Below, piece by piece: positions 40,101 to 53,754 of a stretch of 64,000 nt of DNA. The notes under the pieces were generated by a model. It ran no database searches and was not told the origin of the DNA. It worked only from the letters and a program-made list of their open reading frames with translations. The DNA lies in contig NC_068982.1 in NCBI RefSeq assembly GCF_001194135.2, forward strand, positions 20,798,350 to 20,862,349, given 5' to 3'. Position 1 is the first letter of the stretch. Each line of letters begins with the position of its first letter. Made by a program: the position numbers and the translations under genes. Source of the stretch: Octopus bimaculoides (taxonomy: Eukaryota).

Positions 40101-41261
40101 TTTTATTCTCACAAGTGCCTCAAGAGATTGATATGAGTATATATTTTGAATACGTTGTTCTATGTTATGAATCATTTATATTGTATATAACATTTCCATC
40201 TCGTCTATCTTCATAAGGTATTTTTTTTTCTTTTAGATGTTTGTTTCGTTATATTTTTTCACTTTCTCTATAAGGTAGTTTTTTTTTTTCTATTATATTT
40301 ATGTTTGATTTTTATCCAGCTTCTGTTGCTACTGGTAAATATACTTAGTATATTATTATGTTCCACATACCAATTAACATGTGTTGCTATGCAGAATATT
40401 TCTTGCAAAACATGGTAAAATGTGTTTATTATTTTCAACTGATGTTTCAATATTTGAAGCACTATAGTGTTTCCCTAGCTACAAATGCATTATTTCTGTT
40501 GCGATCCGTTCTCTGTATTATAGCGCTTACATATCCGGCACGATTGCCGATATTCATTATTGTTGCCTGTATTCTTTCCTTAAATGGATGATATTTGAAG
40601 ATAGTTCTCTTTTCTCAATAGGATATATATGGGTGTATTTTAAGAGCCTTACGATATTTTGTCTCTACTTTCTTCTTTTACTTTCAGGAAATAATAAGAA
40701 TGCCATATTTACTACTGTGCAATTTTTATATGTACAAACATAACAGACTTCTATTCACTCTTGAATTCTTCAAATTCAATAACTGACGGAATTAACACTA
40801 ACTGAATTTAATGTGACGACTTAGAAGGAATAAAGTAAATTGAAATGTCATAGTTTTCATTATCGAAACATTTTATCAGCGGCGTGGTATCTTTTAACAT
40901 GAATGTAGTATCGTGTGCTCTGTTTCGCGTAGCCTCTATTTGTGTTTGAAACATGTATATAATAAACTAAAAATACTCTACGAAAGTGAATAGTTATTTT
41001 TAACGGTGTATACTATATACGGGCGTGTAGAATTTCTGACCCTTTGGGCATTTATCTGTCTTTATGCTTTTCCATTTTATCAAATTACTAATTAATATGC
41101 TGTGTTCAATATTGATACTGTCTTTACTTTCAGTGTCGACATCTCATAATATTCTGATCATTTTAGAAACATATTATACGTGGGAATTGTAAGTTATGAC
41201 TATTTTCAGTATTGTTATATTTCGAAATGTTTCTAAATTGCTGGATGTAGAACCTGGTATG

Positions 41262-41264
<3 letters not shown>

Positions 41265-41294
<30 letters not shown>

Positions 41295-41366
41295 ATGCGT
41301 GTGTGTGTTTGTGTGTGCACGTGTGTGTGTGCATGTGTGTGTGTGTGTGTGTTTGTGTGTGCGTGT
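41265..41366. repeat. (GT)n microsatellite, interrupted
   Basis: Read directly. Confidence 0.9.
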
Positions 41367-42399
41367 ATCAGAGATTTGTGTAAGAGGGGTTAATACATGC
41401 CATGCAAATAGCAAATAGCTGCTGTGTAATGCGTAGTGTTTCTATAAAAACATGTTCTGTAAGTTATATTGCAGATGTGTGATACGATAGTGCAACAACT
41501 CAAATGAAAATGTGTTGCATTTTATAGCAATTTCTATCATTGGTACAATGTAATAAACGTAATGGAATATAAAGATAATATATGTGGCACCTCAGTATGT
41601 TGAGGCTGACATTGTTATAAATGGATGGAGAAAAAAGGCAAATTTTACCCAAGTGAGATTGCAAATATATTATCTTCATGTATATTGTCAGCATTTAAAA
41701 CTCAGATTTTCCGTTTCTGCATTTAGTCCTGACGATTTTGGTGTATCATTGGCATGCAAGTTATAGCCCAATTTGAAATGTTCCATATGTGCATTAACAT
41801 TTATACTATTATTCAATGTATACTTATATACATTTTTCCTTTTTTTTTAAAATCTGCACGATTACGTTTACCTTTGTTTATAATTGTCTTCTATAGTCAG
41901 ATATATTTGCCATTAGTGTTAACTCGTTCTCTTGTTTTGTGCTTCCATTACTTGCTTCTCGATCTTTGATAGGCTAAATGTCGATACTTTCTCATAGCTC
42001 ATCAACTTTATGAGGCCACTATCTCCACTATATGATATCTTTATTGGTTTACGAGTGTGAGCGCAAAATGCATTGCACTATTTTCCCTTTAGTTTTACTT
42101 AAAATATAATCATTCTAAAACAGAATGTTCAAGTGTAGTCGTACTATTACACTTTTTTCTTTTTATAATTCTGGCCTTTATAACTGTGATGCATCTTAAA
42201 TGTTTTCATATTCTCTTAAGAATTTAAATGGGATATTGTTGTCTCAGTCTTTCATTTCTTTGACTCACACTAACTTAATGTCATCAGTTTTAATTAATTT
42301 GCCTTTTCTAGCAGAAGTTTTGGCGCATGTGTCTAATCCAATTAGACAACAAGTATCTAATGGGAATACATGACTGTAGAAAATAGTCATAAAATAATT

Positions 42400-42545
42400 G
42401 ATTAATAACAATAATAATAATAATGATAATAATAATAATAACAATAATAATAATTTACTCCTTTGCTTCCTTCTCCACCTCACCCTCCTCATCGGCCTCC
42501 TCCTCATTATCATCATCATCACCACCGTCATTATCATCATTGTTG
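42400..42545. repeat. (AAT)n followed by CCT/CAT low-complexity tract
   Basis: Read directly. Confidence 0.85.
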
Positions 42546-42644
42546 CTGTACAAGGAAGCCAGCCGTTCGAAACACTCATACGCTTTCCTCTTTTCGACTG
42601 CTTTTTCTTAAAGAAATGTTAACTGGATCGTACCGTTATTGATT

Positions 42645-43255
42645 TGTCCCTTCTGGACGAAAAGCGTTAATATATTTTGTATTTTAAAAAAATGTTTTTT
42701 TTAGAATTTTACAAATTTTAAGAATCAATAAGGCGTGGCGACGAAAATAGATGGTTTGGATACTTTTGAAAGAGTGACCCCTCCTCTGAAAGATCTTTCA
42801 CCAGTTTGCTATTTCCATTTCTGTTAAATAAGGACTTTATTTTTATGGTGTTGTTATGTTTACTAGCCTTGATGCACATGGCCAGGTTGGGACTGTTGTA
42901 GAATTCTTTATGTACGATATTGCTGTTGCTGATGTCATTGTTGTTTCGGTTGTTAACTTTCTATATTGCTGTTATGGGGATAACGGTGCTGGGCAACTTG
43001 CTGTTTTTTAAATCTGTGTGGCATGTTGTCCATGTCCTTATTTTTGGTGCTGTCATTACGGCTACATTCTGAATTTACAACATAAATGGAAATAGCAAAC
43101 TGAGGAAAGATCTTGGAGAGGAGGGGTCACTTTATCAAAGGTATTCAAGCCACCTATTTTCGACGCCACGCCTTATTGATTCTTAAAATTTGTAAAATTC
43201 TAAAAAAAAAAAAAAAAATACAAAAAAGGTTAACGCTTTTCGTCCAGAAGGTACA
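42645..43255. mobile_element. MITE with ~170-bp TIRs
   Basis: CCTTCTGGACGAAAAGCGTTAA...AAGAATCAATAAGGCGTGGCG...GTGACCCCTCCTCT...CAGTTTGCTATTTCCATT is inverted at 43083-43255. No coding capacity inside. Confidence 0.9.
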
Positions 43256-45984
43256 GGGGCAGCGGGCAAAGATGATACATTTGTAGATGGGTAGAATGCT
43301 CTTAGAATAAGCCTCAACGGGGCTAAAAACGCGTCACTTGGATAGAAAGTTTGATATGCAGCTAGTAACAGAGTATCCACCTCAGTTTTCGATATTACAA
43401 TGATCGTTAGCAGTAGCAATGCCAATGCAATCACAATTAAGATCCAACAAAGCAACAACCTCCTCTCCTAAGAACTATGATACCAGAATGATACAAAGCC
43501 AATACACTTCTCCAAGACAGAAAACTGCCTGATTCAGATCAATGTGGTATGTTCTACATTGAAGATACCAAATATTAAACATGACCTGATAGGAATAGCA
43601 TGAAAGGCAAAGGAGAGCAAAGACAAATCATCGGTCACAAACCACTACCATGTCTTTATGGAGAAACTTCTAAGTTAGTACAATATAAAAACTAGCACAA
43701 AAACGTTGATTCTTTGAAAAGAAGTGAAGAAGTTACAGTTTGAAAGGAGGAGGAAATAGATCATGAAGACTGTTATGTTGGGGATGAAACTTTTGGCGGT
43801 GATTATACAGTTGAGTTGTAAATTTTATTTTATTTTATTGTTAAAATGGCTCTCACATCGTCTTGCGGATTTTTGTTTCTTGATAATGAATATCACCGTG
43901 GTAAACTTTGGATTTCATATCTTCTATTTCAAAGAAATAAAATAGCAGGCAACTCCTAGTCTCAGTGTATTTCAGTTTGCTTATTACTAAAAATTTGCAC
44001 ACATGTTCAAAATGGTTATCTTAAATATTATTTTTAGGATTTCTGCTTGATGTTTTGCTAATGATTAAAAAGCATTATTAATATTTACGCTTTTGAACTT
44101 GTCCTTAAATGCTAAGTAAATTTTACAAGTATTTTTAATATTCTGTACAAAAATCAGTTCTTTTGCATGTGTTTTAATACTAGGCCGAGCATAGCTGTTT
44201 TTATTTTGGTCATCTGTAAAGTTATGGTTTGAAATTAAATATTCTGTTGTATGAAGTAACACATACCTACAGCAAATGACACACCCCTACGTTGTAGGTC
44301 TGTGTCTCACCCGTACGGCTCTTGCACCATTAATGTCATCATCATTAGCATCATCATCACAATTTCCAGCTTCAGCAGCAGAAACAACAGTAGCCGTGGC
44401 AGTGTAGCTTCAGTGCGAAAGAAGTTATGTTGAGTGGTTTTACTTCCGTTATTCTGATTGATTTTATCCGAAAGAGAAAAGATGATTTTGATGCTTAAAA
44501 GAACCGTATTGCTTTTACTTAGCTTTGTGGTGATACTTTTAAACATCACACACACCCACTTGTAATATATATTGTACGGAAAATGAAATAGCTTGTATAC
44601 AAAATAAAAGGTTTCCTGACAAGATGGAAGACCATCGAAGCATATTTACAAATTATTGAAAGAAAGAAACATTGGAATCTTTACGACGGCAAACTTCACA
44701 AGCTCATCATACGAAGCGCTAGAGGACAATGAAATAAATAGAAATATTTATACATTTTAATATGAAGGGAAGTGGTTTATAGCCTCGTGGACTTGTAAAG
44801 TAGGAGATACAAATGGAATCTTTTAAGCATTTTTCTGCCATCTTTAGCAAATGTGCTCCGTAATGGTGTTTATAAATTGCAAGAATAATAGTAAACTCTA
44901 TAACAACATACGCAATTGCCCTTAACTGCCAAACATTACAGCAGCGATAAATTGGAACGAATTATATAAGAGTTATAAATAGAAATATCGAGGCAAATAC
45001 GTCAGTCAGAATGTACTGACCTGGTGGATGTATTTCTAGAAATAAATTTGGAAAGAAAAAAATCATAGACATTAGGATATTTAAAAGAAAATTTGTTAGT
45101 ACTTCAATGAAAATTTAGAAAATTTATGCATGACAGTGCGTGCTTCTCAATGATTGATTGAAGGAGAAAGAGGAAGTGAGAAATTAAGAGAGACAGAAAT
45201 ACATATAGAGAGAGAAAGGAAGGGAGAAAGGAAGGGAGAGGCAGTAAAAATATACGGAAAATGTGATTCTGTGTGCGTGCGTGTAATTCTAAAATTGTGT
45301 CTCTATGTAATTATAAAAGAAAGAAAGTGATACTGGGAAAATCTGGAGTAAATGAATTGTCCTCTGCACAAAAGTGCCAACCACTTTTTACCGTGAGGAC
45401 AAAGGTTTATTATGAGTAGAAACTCGTAGAGCAACACACACACACACACGATCGCGAATGTGTATACATCGTGGACTCTCCCGTCATTAGACGACGTATG
45501 AGGTTTCGACAAGTTCTTGCCGAACAACCACACAGATAATTTGTTTATAGAGATCAAATGTTTGTGTTCCCATAAACTCTTTCTTCCATCAAGTCGATAT
45601 TACCTGTATAGGTGCACCGCGTTTGTTTTTCATAAATTCATATTTGGTTTGTTCCTGGATTTGAAATGCGGAGTCACTCAACAATTGTAATTAAAAATAA
45701 GTACGTATGTATATAGATTACGTATATACATATGTATGTGTGTGTACGTATATATATGTATATCTAAACATACATACATACAATGAGGGAGATAGGCGTT
45801 TAGACAAATAATTAGAAATAGGTTAAAACATATGTATGCATGTGTGTACATATACAGGCGAAGAAACGTTTTCCTCTTTTGTTCCGGTAATAGGTAGATC
45901 TACGACTTTAATGTCTTCTTTTCTTATTTCTATATGTTTTATGAGATTTATATCTGTTGAGAAAGAGTGTCGCTCTGGAATAAT

Positions 45985-46130
45985 AAGTTTGCTTCCGAAA
46001 CATATAGTTCTGCACTCTGTTAGACCCGTGGCAGGCAGCTCGAGGAAACGTCATCTACAATGTTTGTTCGTTTGTATGTATGTGTGAGTCTGTTTTGTGT
46101 CTTTTTGCTTGTAAGTCACTTCTTGACATC
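45985..46130 (+). mobile_element. Highly degenerate OR-type SINE head
   Basis: GTTTGCTTCCGAAACATAT...GTCATCTAC followed by GT-rich sequence resembles the family 5' half. Confidence 0.4.
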
Positions 46131-48492
46131 TGGGTTTGCATTTGTTTTCACAGGGCTTAACGTAGTGTTTCATTAAAAGGTGAAATAAATACCATTCTTT
46201 ATAAATAAGTACTAAGGTTGCCTCTGCCATACTACAGCAAAGCGAAGTCTAATGACAGAAAAAAAAATTAAAGTATAAGATATGAAATAAATAAAATAGA
46301 TGCATTTCTTAATAATTACGATTGTTGACAGCCATATTTGTTGATGATCCGTGATATATCAGCGTATAATGTTCTCGGAGAAAAATCGCGAAGGTCATGT
46401 TACGTACCAGATTCGTTTGAAAGCCGGTAGAATTCCTGATAATTCATTCATCATTAATTTTAAAGAAATACATGCTTTTATAGAAAGAAGTAAAAATAAT
46501 ATACTGTCATTAATTGAAATTAATATTTTTCTGCATTCCATCTTGTAGTTAGATTCATGTTCAGAGCAATGGCGAGCGTCATTAATATCTATTTAAGAGA
46601 AGTTGTGTTACATAGCAATATCAATATAATCACTCAGATATCATTTGAAATGTATTCAGTTCAGTAATCGAATTCCAAATAATTTGTTCTCACACACAAA
46701 CACACAAACACACTCTCATACTTACACATATAGAAACGTGTATCTGTATATGTACGTATTTCTGTCTTTCTGCCTGTATGTATATATGCATCCATCAATC
46801 CGTGCAGGCATGTATGCATTAGGTATGTATGTATGTATATATGTATGTATGAGTCTATATTCTGACACAAGGATATTGCCAAAACAAAGCGTGTGTATAA
46901 CCTACATTAATCGGTATACATGCTTCGAATTTCATATGTTTGTACACTGTTTCTTCTTATATGATAACTATTTTCCTGCTCTCTCTTGTTATAGGCAAAT
47001 AACGGGTTCCAGTCAAACGGAAATTGTTGCCATTGAGATCGTGTGATCTATATGTAGGCTGAGTGACAATAACAGAAATCTACAGGCTTTATTCAATGAG
47101 GACATCATTCTCAAGCGCATTTGTAAAGAAAGAGGATAAATTTTCAAGAGTGGTCCGGGGTATGGATGTCAAATAACGCATGTATGGAAAATTTCCATAC
47201 ACTCGCATATACTTACTCTCTCTTTCTCTATCAGACTGTATATCTGTCTGTAACTCTCTGTTTCCCCTCACTCACTTTCTCGCTGTCTCTTCTGGTGCAC
47301 AAATACACAACAAACACATATACATATACATATATGTGTGTATATTGAGAAATAAACTGTAATGCATACATAAATAGATATTTCACAAATTTACAATGTC
47401 TTCAGTGTGTGTTAGTAGCCAATATGTGACTAATTATTATAGCAACATTTATTTCTATTTCTTGTAATTATACGATCAGTTGATATATCCTCTTCGGTTT
47501 TTTTTTTCGTGAATAGTTAATGAAATATACATAATAATATAATTATGGCAATTACATCTTAGTGCAATTTTAGTATATTTATATATGCATTGTTTTCATC
47601 TCATAAATTAAGATCATAAATTAAGACACCAGAAAACAATCAACGCACTTAATAATTATTCTACGATGCATATGGCATTATTATCCTTGTGCTCATATTA
47701 TGAATATCGTAACCAATCATATGTGTATACGGAAACTAATATAGATATACCTGTAAACTGTAAATTGTGTAAGGAATATGTGTTTCAAAATATTATCAAA
47801 GGTAAACTATTTTGAAAAACTATCCACATTAAATATGCAAAAGAAAGCGAATAAATTCCTTCCTTCGGACACTGATGTTTTATAAAACTTCAACTGATTC
47901 TCATGGAAGAATTAGACACAGTGGATGATGATTTCAATTAACAGCTTCATGAAAGAAGTTTAAACTGGCATTTAATAATTGCATAGTAATATATGTTATT
48001 TGAAAATTTCACAAAAGAAAACAAAAGTGACTATGCTGTTTTTAAAATCCACTTCAGTGTGTCTTAAATGTAAAGAATGTAAATTATGGATCTATCATGA
48101 TTGCTAACCAAGGATATGCTGTTGATATAACACTTTCTAATTTAATCACCTGCCGTTTTGTAACTGAACACCACTTGATTATCCACCTGCATTGTATAAA
48201 CTTTTTTCAGAGATTTAGTTCATGGATATGAAGATGTCTACTGCACATACATGCATATCCATTCAGACATATCCTATAATATCAATATGATATCATTTCG
48301 AAATACCAAAGTACAACTGCGATATATTTCCGAACAGTATGATGTGTGCAATGAATACACAATATTCCAGACATGCCAAATGGAAGAAAGCACTTGCATT
48401 TATGTCTATTTCTCAAGAATGATAAATCTTTTTCTTACAATTTCAAAATGTTTTCCATGTAGAGTTTAATTTTCACATCTTATATTTCATGT

Positions 48493-48549
48493 GCGGTATT
48501 AGTGTATTGCACTAATACCGCCCATGATGCGGTATTAATGCAATACACT
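48493..48549. repeat. Nested palindrome, three alternating GCGGTATTA arms
   Basis: GCGGTATTAGTG-tattg-CACTAATACCGC, followed by a 21-bp inverted copy with one mismatch. Confidence 0.85.
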
Positions 48550-49419
48550 TTATATGATGTTTATACATGCAATCCTGAAACGGTAAATCATATTTTACAT
48601 TTTAACTGCATTTTCGAAATGCTATATTAACACAAGTAGCTCTACGCAGTTTCTTTTCTACTCAATGTTTACTATGCATTTTAACATTCTATATTATTTT
48701 GTCGTGGTTTATCAAATTTATACAGAATATATTCTCGATAGATATTAATATAAACTCCATTTTGTGAAGAATATAATTTTCCTATATCACCGTTACCAGT
48801 AATGAACATGCAAAGAAAACAAAAGCTGCAAACATCTATGCATTTATTCTATACATCTTGTAATACCTGATAATAGTATGAACAACGCTAGTATGAAAAG
48901 TAATTATTAATTGAAATTACGCTTTGATTCTAATTTGACTTTTGGAAATCATCCAACATTTTTCTGAGGATTCGATGACTTGTAACTGCGAAAATTCTTG
49001 GCAAGTAATTGTTGTTTTGAGTGATTTTGAATCTATTCTATTGCTTTCTTTCATTTATTACTTTGCTGCTTATGATTTCCGATTTCTATCAGGGCAGGTC
49101 ATTTAGTTACCATATAATGCTACGACGTTGAATTATAATGTGCATTTTATTTTGAATCTGAACAATTGTTTATGCTTTCAAATTATTCATTGATCTAAAA
49201 TTCCTGCGATATTCTGCCTCGTTTGAGATTTCACCATGTTTCTGATTTAAATGTTAATTGGATATGTTTAGATTTTGTTTTGTTTAAAGAGATATAACGT
49301 GTCTGACTTCTATTTTCCTGATATCAACAAAAATAAAGTATTTACATTCTTATTCAAGCCAGAGATGCGTTATACTATTTAATGTTTTTCTTCTTTCTTT
49401 AGATTAACAGTTGCCTGTA

Positions 49420-49930
49420 AAATAGATATTAATTAATGTTCTGTTGTGAAAAGAAAGCGACAAGTCAAATATATGAATAGTTTCCTAACACAGGCCCGAA
49501 TACGCTCAACAACAGAGAAGCCGTCAGTAAAAAAATGCGGAAGAACCAACTGTGGGATATGCGTCAATTTAATTGAAGGATCAGTGTTCTCTTTCAAACA
49601 GGGACAACGTTTCACAGTGAAAAGGAACTTCACATGTGCTTCGGAGAACCTGATATACGCACTAACCTGCACTGGACGTCCAGAGCAATACATAGGCCAA
49701 ATAAAAAATAGTCTACGAGAAAGGATGGCTCTGCACAAATCCAAGATCAAAATTCCCCAAAACAGAAAAATAGCATTCAGCCAACATATCGACATTTGCG
49801 CGAATAACAAAAATCAAATCTTCAGACTCTTTCCCCTCTAACAATTCAGGGACGATACAACCTGTAGCAAACGAATTAGTAAAAAGACTCTCTTTATTAC
49901 AAAATATAGGCCCCTTTTGAACGCATATAC
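49420..49930 (+). mobile_element. Penelope-like element 3' end: linker plus GIY-YIG endonuclease (Neptune-like)
   Basis: KCGRTNCGIC (Cx4Cx2C), FTCASENLIYALTC, EQYIGQ, LRERMALH, SQHIDIC; after one stop it continues to KKTLFITKYRPLLN. Confidence 0.9.
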
Positions 49931-49953
49931 AACAAATGACATATCCACCACAG

Positions 49954-50400
49954 CCTTAGAATAACACACACACGCAAATATTAAATATGATACATTCAAG
50001 AAACAGTCCCAATCACTGCTATAATCCACAACGAGCCACTTTTAGGTCACTTGACCATTTAACATCCTACTACTATCATACCACATGCATTCTTTTATTA
50101 TTTCCTCTTCTCTTTCCACTTCTTCTTCGACTTCTTCTTCTCCGCCACCTCCTTCCTTACGTTACTACTATTGCTGTTTAGAATAACACCTACTCAAATA
50201 TTATAAACAACACAGAGATGTCTCAAGAATTCAATCACTGCTACCATTTAAAACAAGTCACTTTAATGGCACTTAACCATTTAACATACTACTACTATCA
50301 TGTCACTCTCGCATTCTACTCCTCCTCCTTCTTGTTCTTGTTCTTGCTCTTTTCGTTCTTCTTTTTCTTTTCTTTCTTTTTCTTTGCCAAGAATTCACAA
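49954..50400 (+). repeat. ~225-bp tandem duplication immediately 3' of the PLE ORF
   Basis: TTAGAATAACAC...CAATCACTGCTA...GTCACTT.ACCATTTAACAT.CTACTACTATCAT...(CTT)n occurs at 49954 and again at ~50180. Confidence 0.75.
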
Positions 50401-50689
50401 CGATCTCGAACCCACTAGAGTAAACAAGAGACATATAGAGACAGGCAGAAACAAGAAAAATGCCCCTTGTATTTCAATACTATGCAAATATTCTTTTAAA
50501 AAACTTAACTTTTCCAAAATTTAATTGTTTTCCATACTTAAAGTTGAAAAAGTCTCATTGACTGAAACCAGTACTGAAAATGTTTTTATAACATTATTTT
50601 AGCATTTTCTACCTTGACATTTTTTCCATATTCCTTTTCANNNNNNNNNNATATATACATATGTGTGTGTTTGTGAATTAAAGCTACTA

Positions 50690-51984
50690 TTGGTTTCATG
50701 TCAAGAAAAATAGAAAGACATCTTGATACAGGGATCATACTTGGTAAACCATCCTCTGTATTTTCTGGAATTAACATTGATGTTCCATTTTATCTGGCGC
50801 TTACTTATTCTATCTTCTTTCAAAGTTCATATCATATTGGAGAGGGATGTTATGTGAGGTTTTTTTGTCTCTGAAATACGCCAGGTGTTTTGTGCACGTT
50901 TCCTTGAACGAGTTGCCCGTCAAACCGATATACGTCTTTGCAATTCCGTTGGGATCCGCTATTTTGGCCTTGTATACAATATCTTTCTCGAGACAGTTGT
51001 TGTTTAGGGGGCAACGGTTTGGGGATCTTAATTTGTATTTCCTTTAGAAGATATCGCTGTTCTGTTTATTTTTATTGTGAATTGTCTCTATATTGTGAAT
51101 TGACTCTATATTATAGGTAACTACAACAATGCTACTGTTGAATATCTTGTGGTATTTGTGTGAATGGGGGAAATGATTGTCTATGAATTAAAAATATTTC
51201 CTCATAAAGTTAGTAGCTATATTCATGCTATAAGATATGTTAAACAAAAATATTTTTCTCAATATAGTTTACGCTATTCTTGGAGTCGGAGCTTTCTAAA
51301 GCAGGATTATAGAAGGGGCGGCGTTTTCAAAAGTATCTTTCTTGACGGATACATTGAATACGTGCCTACTAATGTTTTTGGCTAGTTATGTTTGACCAAA
51401 AGTTGAATAATACGACTAGTTTCCCAAAAGCTTAGTGACATGACAATTTGCGCAAAAGGTTAATGACGTAATTGTTTGACCAAAAGTTAAATCCAAGGGA
51501 GATAACCTCGCAAAATATGTCATCCAATCATTGCGCCTCTTGATTTATTTTTTTCTTTACGAGAATCCCCATGAATTCAAAGAGCCTTTGTTTTTTTATC
51601 TGAAATGTAGACGAACAACATCCCTCTATGTGATCGGCTTGTAACGATATTAAGATATTTTTCTATCTATTTTCATATGAAACCAATAGTAGTCTTATTT
51701 GAGAAATAATATATATATTCAGGGAGAAGTGAGGATGTAGTTGTTTTGAAACTGAAATCTGATACCAGTTTTATCTGAATGTCAATTCCGTTTTCGTCTT
51801 GATTGTCTTCCCTAGTGTGTAGTTTCCTATGGTGTTGCTTATTCAACAATTTGTGGAATTTGATGTCTTTAACAATACTCCGAAAGTCATCTTCAAATCC
51901 AGGCAGTTGCAGATATGGTGGTGGGTATTTCCTTGTTTTGAATGTATGCTTCATTTTCGCATCATTCCGGAAGTTATCAATCAT
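50690..51984 (-). mobile_element. Penelope-like element of a second lineage (Naiad-like), RT core deleted
   Basis: N-terminal FKTRKYPPP..FEDD..IVKDIKF; thumb/linker FENAAP and YSMNIATNF..FIDNHFPHSHKYHKIFN; endonuclease RCPLNNNCLEKDIVYKAKI..KTYIGLTGNSFKE..H..TSLSNMI*TLK..IKWNI. Clade assignment is from remembered motifs. Confidence 0.8.
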
Positions 51985-51994
51985 TTCTTCTTCA

Positions 51995-52398
51995 CAACTT
52001 CATTCATAAGTATGTGACAAAATTAGTCCAGCAACGGGTAGGACATCCCAGATCAGTTATGATGCATCTAGCTTCTAGAATCATTTGTTGCAGCAATTGT
52101 TTTCTATGTTCTTCATGTATCTTTTACTGTCATTATAATTTCTTTGATTTATATAATTTTGGTAAGAAATAATTGTGTCTTTGATTTAGTTCAAAATTTG
52201 TAATGCAGTCCATTTCTTTAATTGTACGCCATTATGTTTGGAAGCAGTCTTTTGAACTGCTTTATAATGTGATGATTAATGGCAGGACGTATTTCAGAGT
52301 AAATGGTTGTATCATTAAAATGAGTTTCTGCTAAATCTCAATATTTTTTGGCATCCATTATGGCAATCATGCTAACTTTATCTGCATTTTATAGATTA
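51995..52398 (-). mobile_element. Penelope-like RT N-terminal fragment
   Basis: ADKVSMIAIMDAKKY*DLAETHFNDTTIY, then FLPKLYKSK and ARCIITDLGCPTRCWTNFV. These match the PLE ADKG..VIMD, LPKIHK and RPII..CPT motifs. Confidence 0.75.
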
Positions 52399-53754
52399 CT
52401 AGCAGAAATACCCGGCTTTGCCCGGGTTAAAGAGAATCATGAAATCTAAAAACGCCGTCTAGACTACGCAACCCTCAACTGTTAGTAGCTACGATACCAT
52501 ATTTCTACATTAATAACTCTCCAATCTATGCCAGCATGGAACATAGACATTAAGTGGAATGCCAGTCTCTCATCTAGGAGGGCCTTGAAATCAATGTTAC
52601 CAACTGGGGACTATGTGTGTCGTAGTGATAATAAAAAGACCCAAAGGAGGTCTGCAACGAAATAATNNNNNNNNNNNNNNNNNNNNNNNNNNNNNNNNNN
52701 NNNNNNNNNNNNNNNNNNNNNNNNNNNNNNNNNNNNNNNNNNNNNNNNNNNNNNNNNNNNNNNNNNNNNNNNNNNNNNNNNNNNNNNNNNNNNNNNNNNN
52801 NNNNNNNNNNNNNNNNNNNNNNNNNNNNNNNNNNNNNNNNNNNNNNNNNNNNNNNNNNNNNNNNNNNNNNNNNNNNNNNNNNNNNNNNNNNNNNNNNNNN
52901 NNNNNNNNNNNNNNNNNNNNNNNNNNNNNNNNNNNNNNNNNNNNNNNNNNNNNNNNNNNNNNNNNNNNNNNNNNNNNNNNNNNNNNNNNNNNNNNNNNNN
53001 NNNNNNNNNNNNNNNNNNNNNNNNNNNNNNNNNNNNNNNNNNNNNNNNNNNNNNNNNNNNNNNNNNNNNNNNNNNNNNNNNNNNNNNNNNNNNNNNNNNN
53101 NNNNNNNNNNNNNNNNNNNNNNNNNNNNNNNNNNNNNNNNNNNNNNNNNNNNNNNNNNNNNNNNNNNNNNNNNNNNNNNNNNNNNNNNNNNNNNNNNNNN
53201 NNNNNNNNNNNNNNNNNNNNNNNNNNNNNNNNNNNNNNNNNNNNNNNNNNNNNNNNNNNNNNNNNNNNNNNNNNNNNNNNNNNNNNNNNNNNNNNNNNNN
53301 NNNNNNNNNNNNNNNNNNNNNNNNNNNNNNNNNNNNNNNNNNNNNNNNNNNNNNNNNNNNNNNNNNNNNNNNNNNNNNNNNNNNNNNNNNNNNNNNNNNN
53401 NNNNNNNNNNNNNNNNNNNNNNNNNNNNNNNNNNAGTATCGAAATGTGATTGTTTCAGTTAGTAGAATAGTTTCATTTTTAAAGTGAAAGTATTTGACAT
53501 GAGTGTTTTTGTTTCACTTTTGACACGTAATACTTAAATAGTGGAGGAGATATTATGTTGCCGTGGGCTCGAACTCTGCAAGAAGTTAAAAATTTTTTTG
53601 ACTAAAACACAACTGGAACCCTAAGTAAGGCAGGTGTAAAATTTGAATGAAATTGGTTGCGTAGTTCTCGAGCTTTAGGGATTCACACAGACAGAAAGAC
53701 AGACAGCCAGACAGACAGACAGACACACATTCTCATTTTTATATATATAGAAGA
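52399..53754 (-). mobile_element. Non-autonomous Helitron spanning a gap
   Basis: Minus strand: A|TCTTCTATATATATAAAAATGAG at the 5' end, a (GTCT)n tract, a 3' hairpin CCCGGGCAAAGCCGGG, and terminal CTAG|T. Inserted in an AT site without a TSD. Confidence 0.85.
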
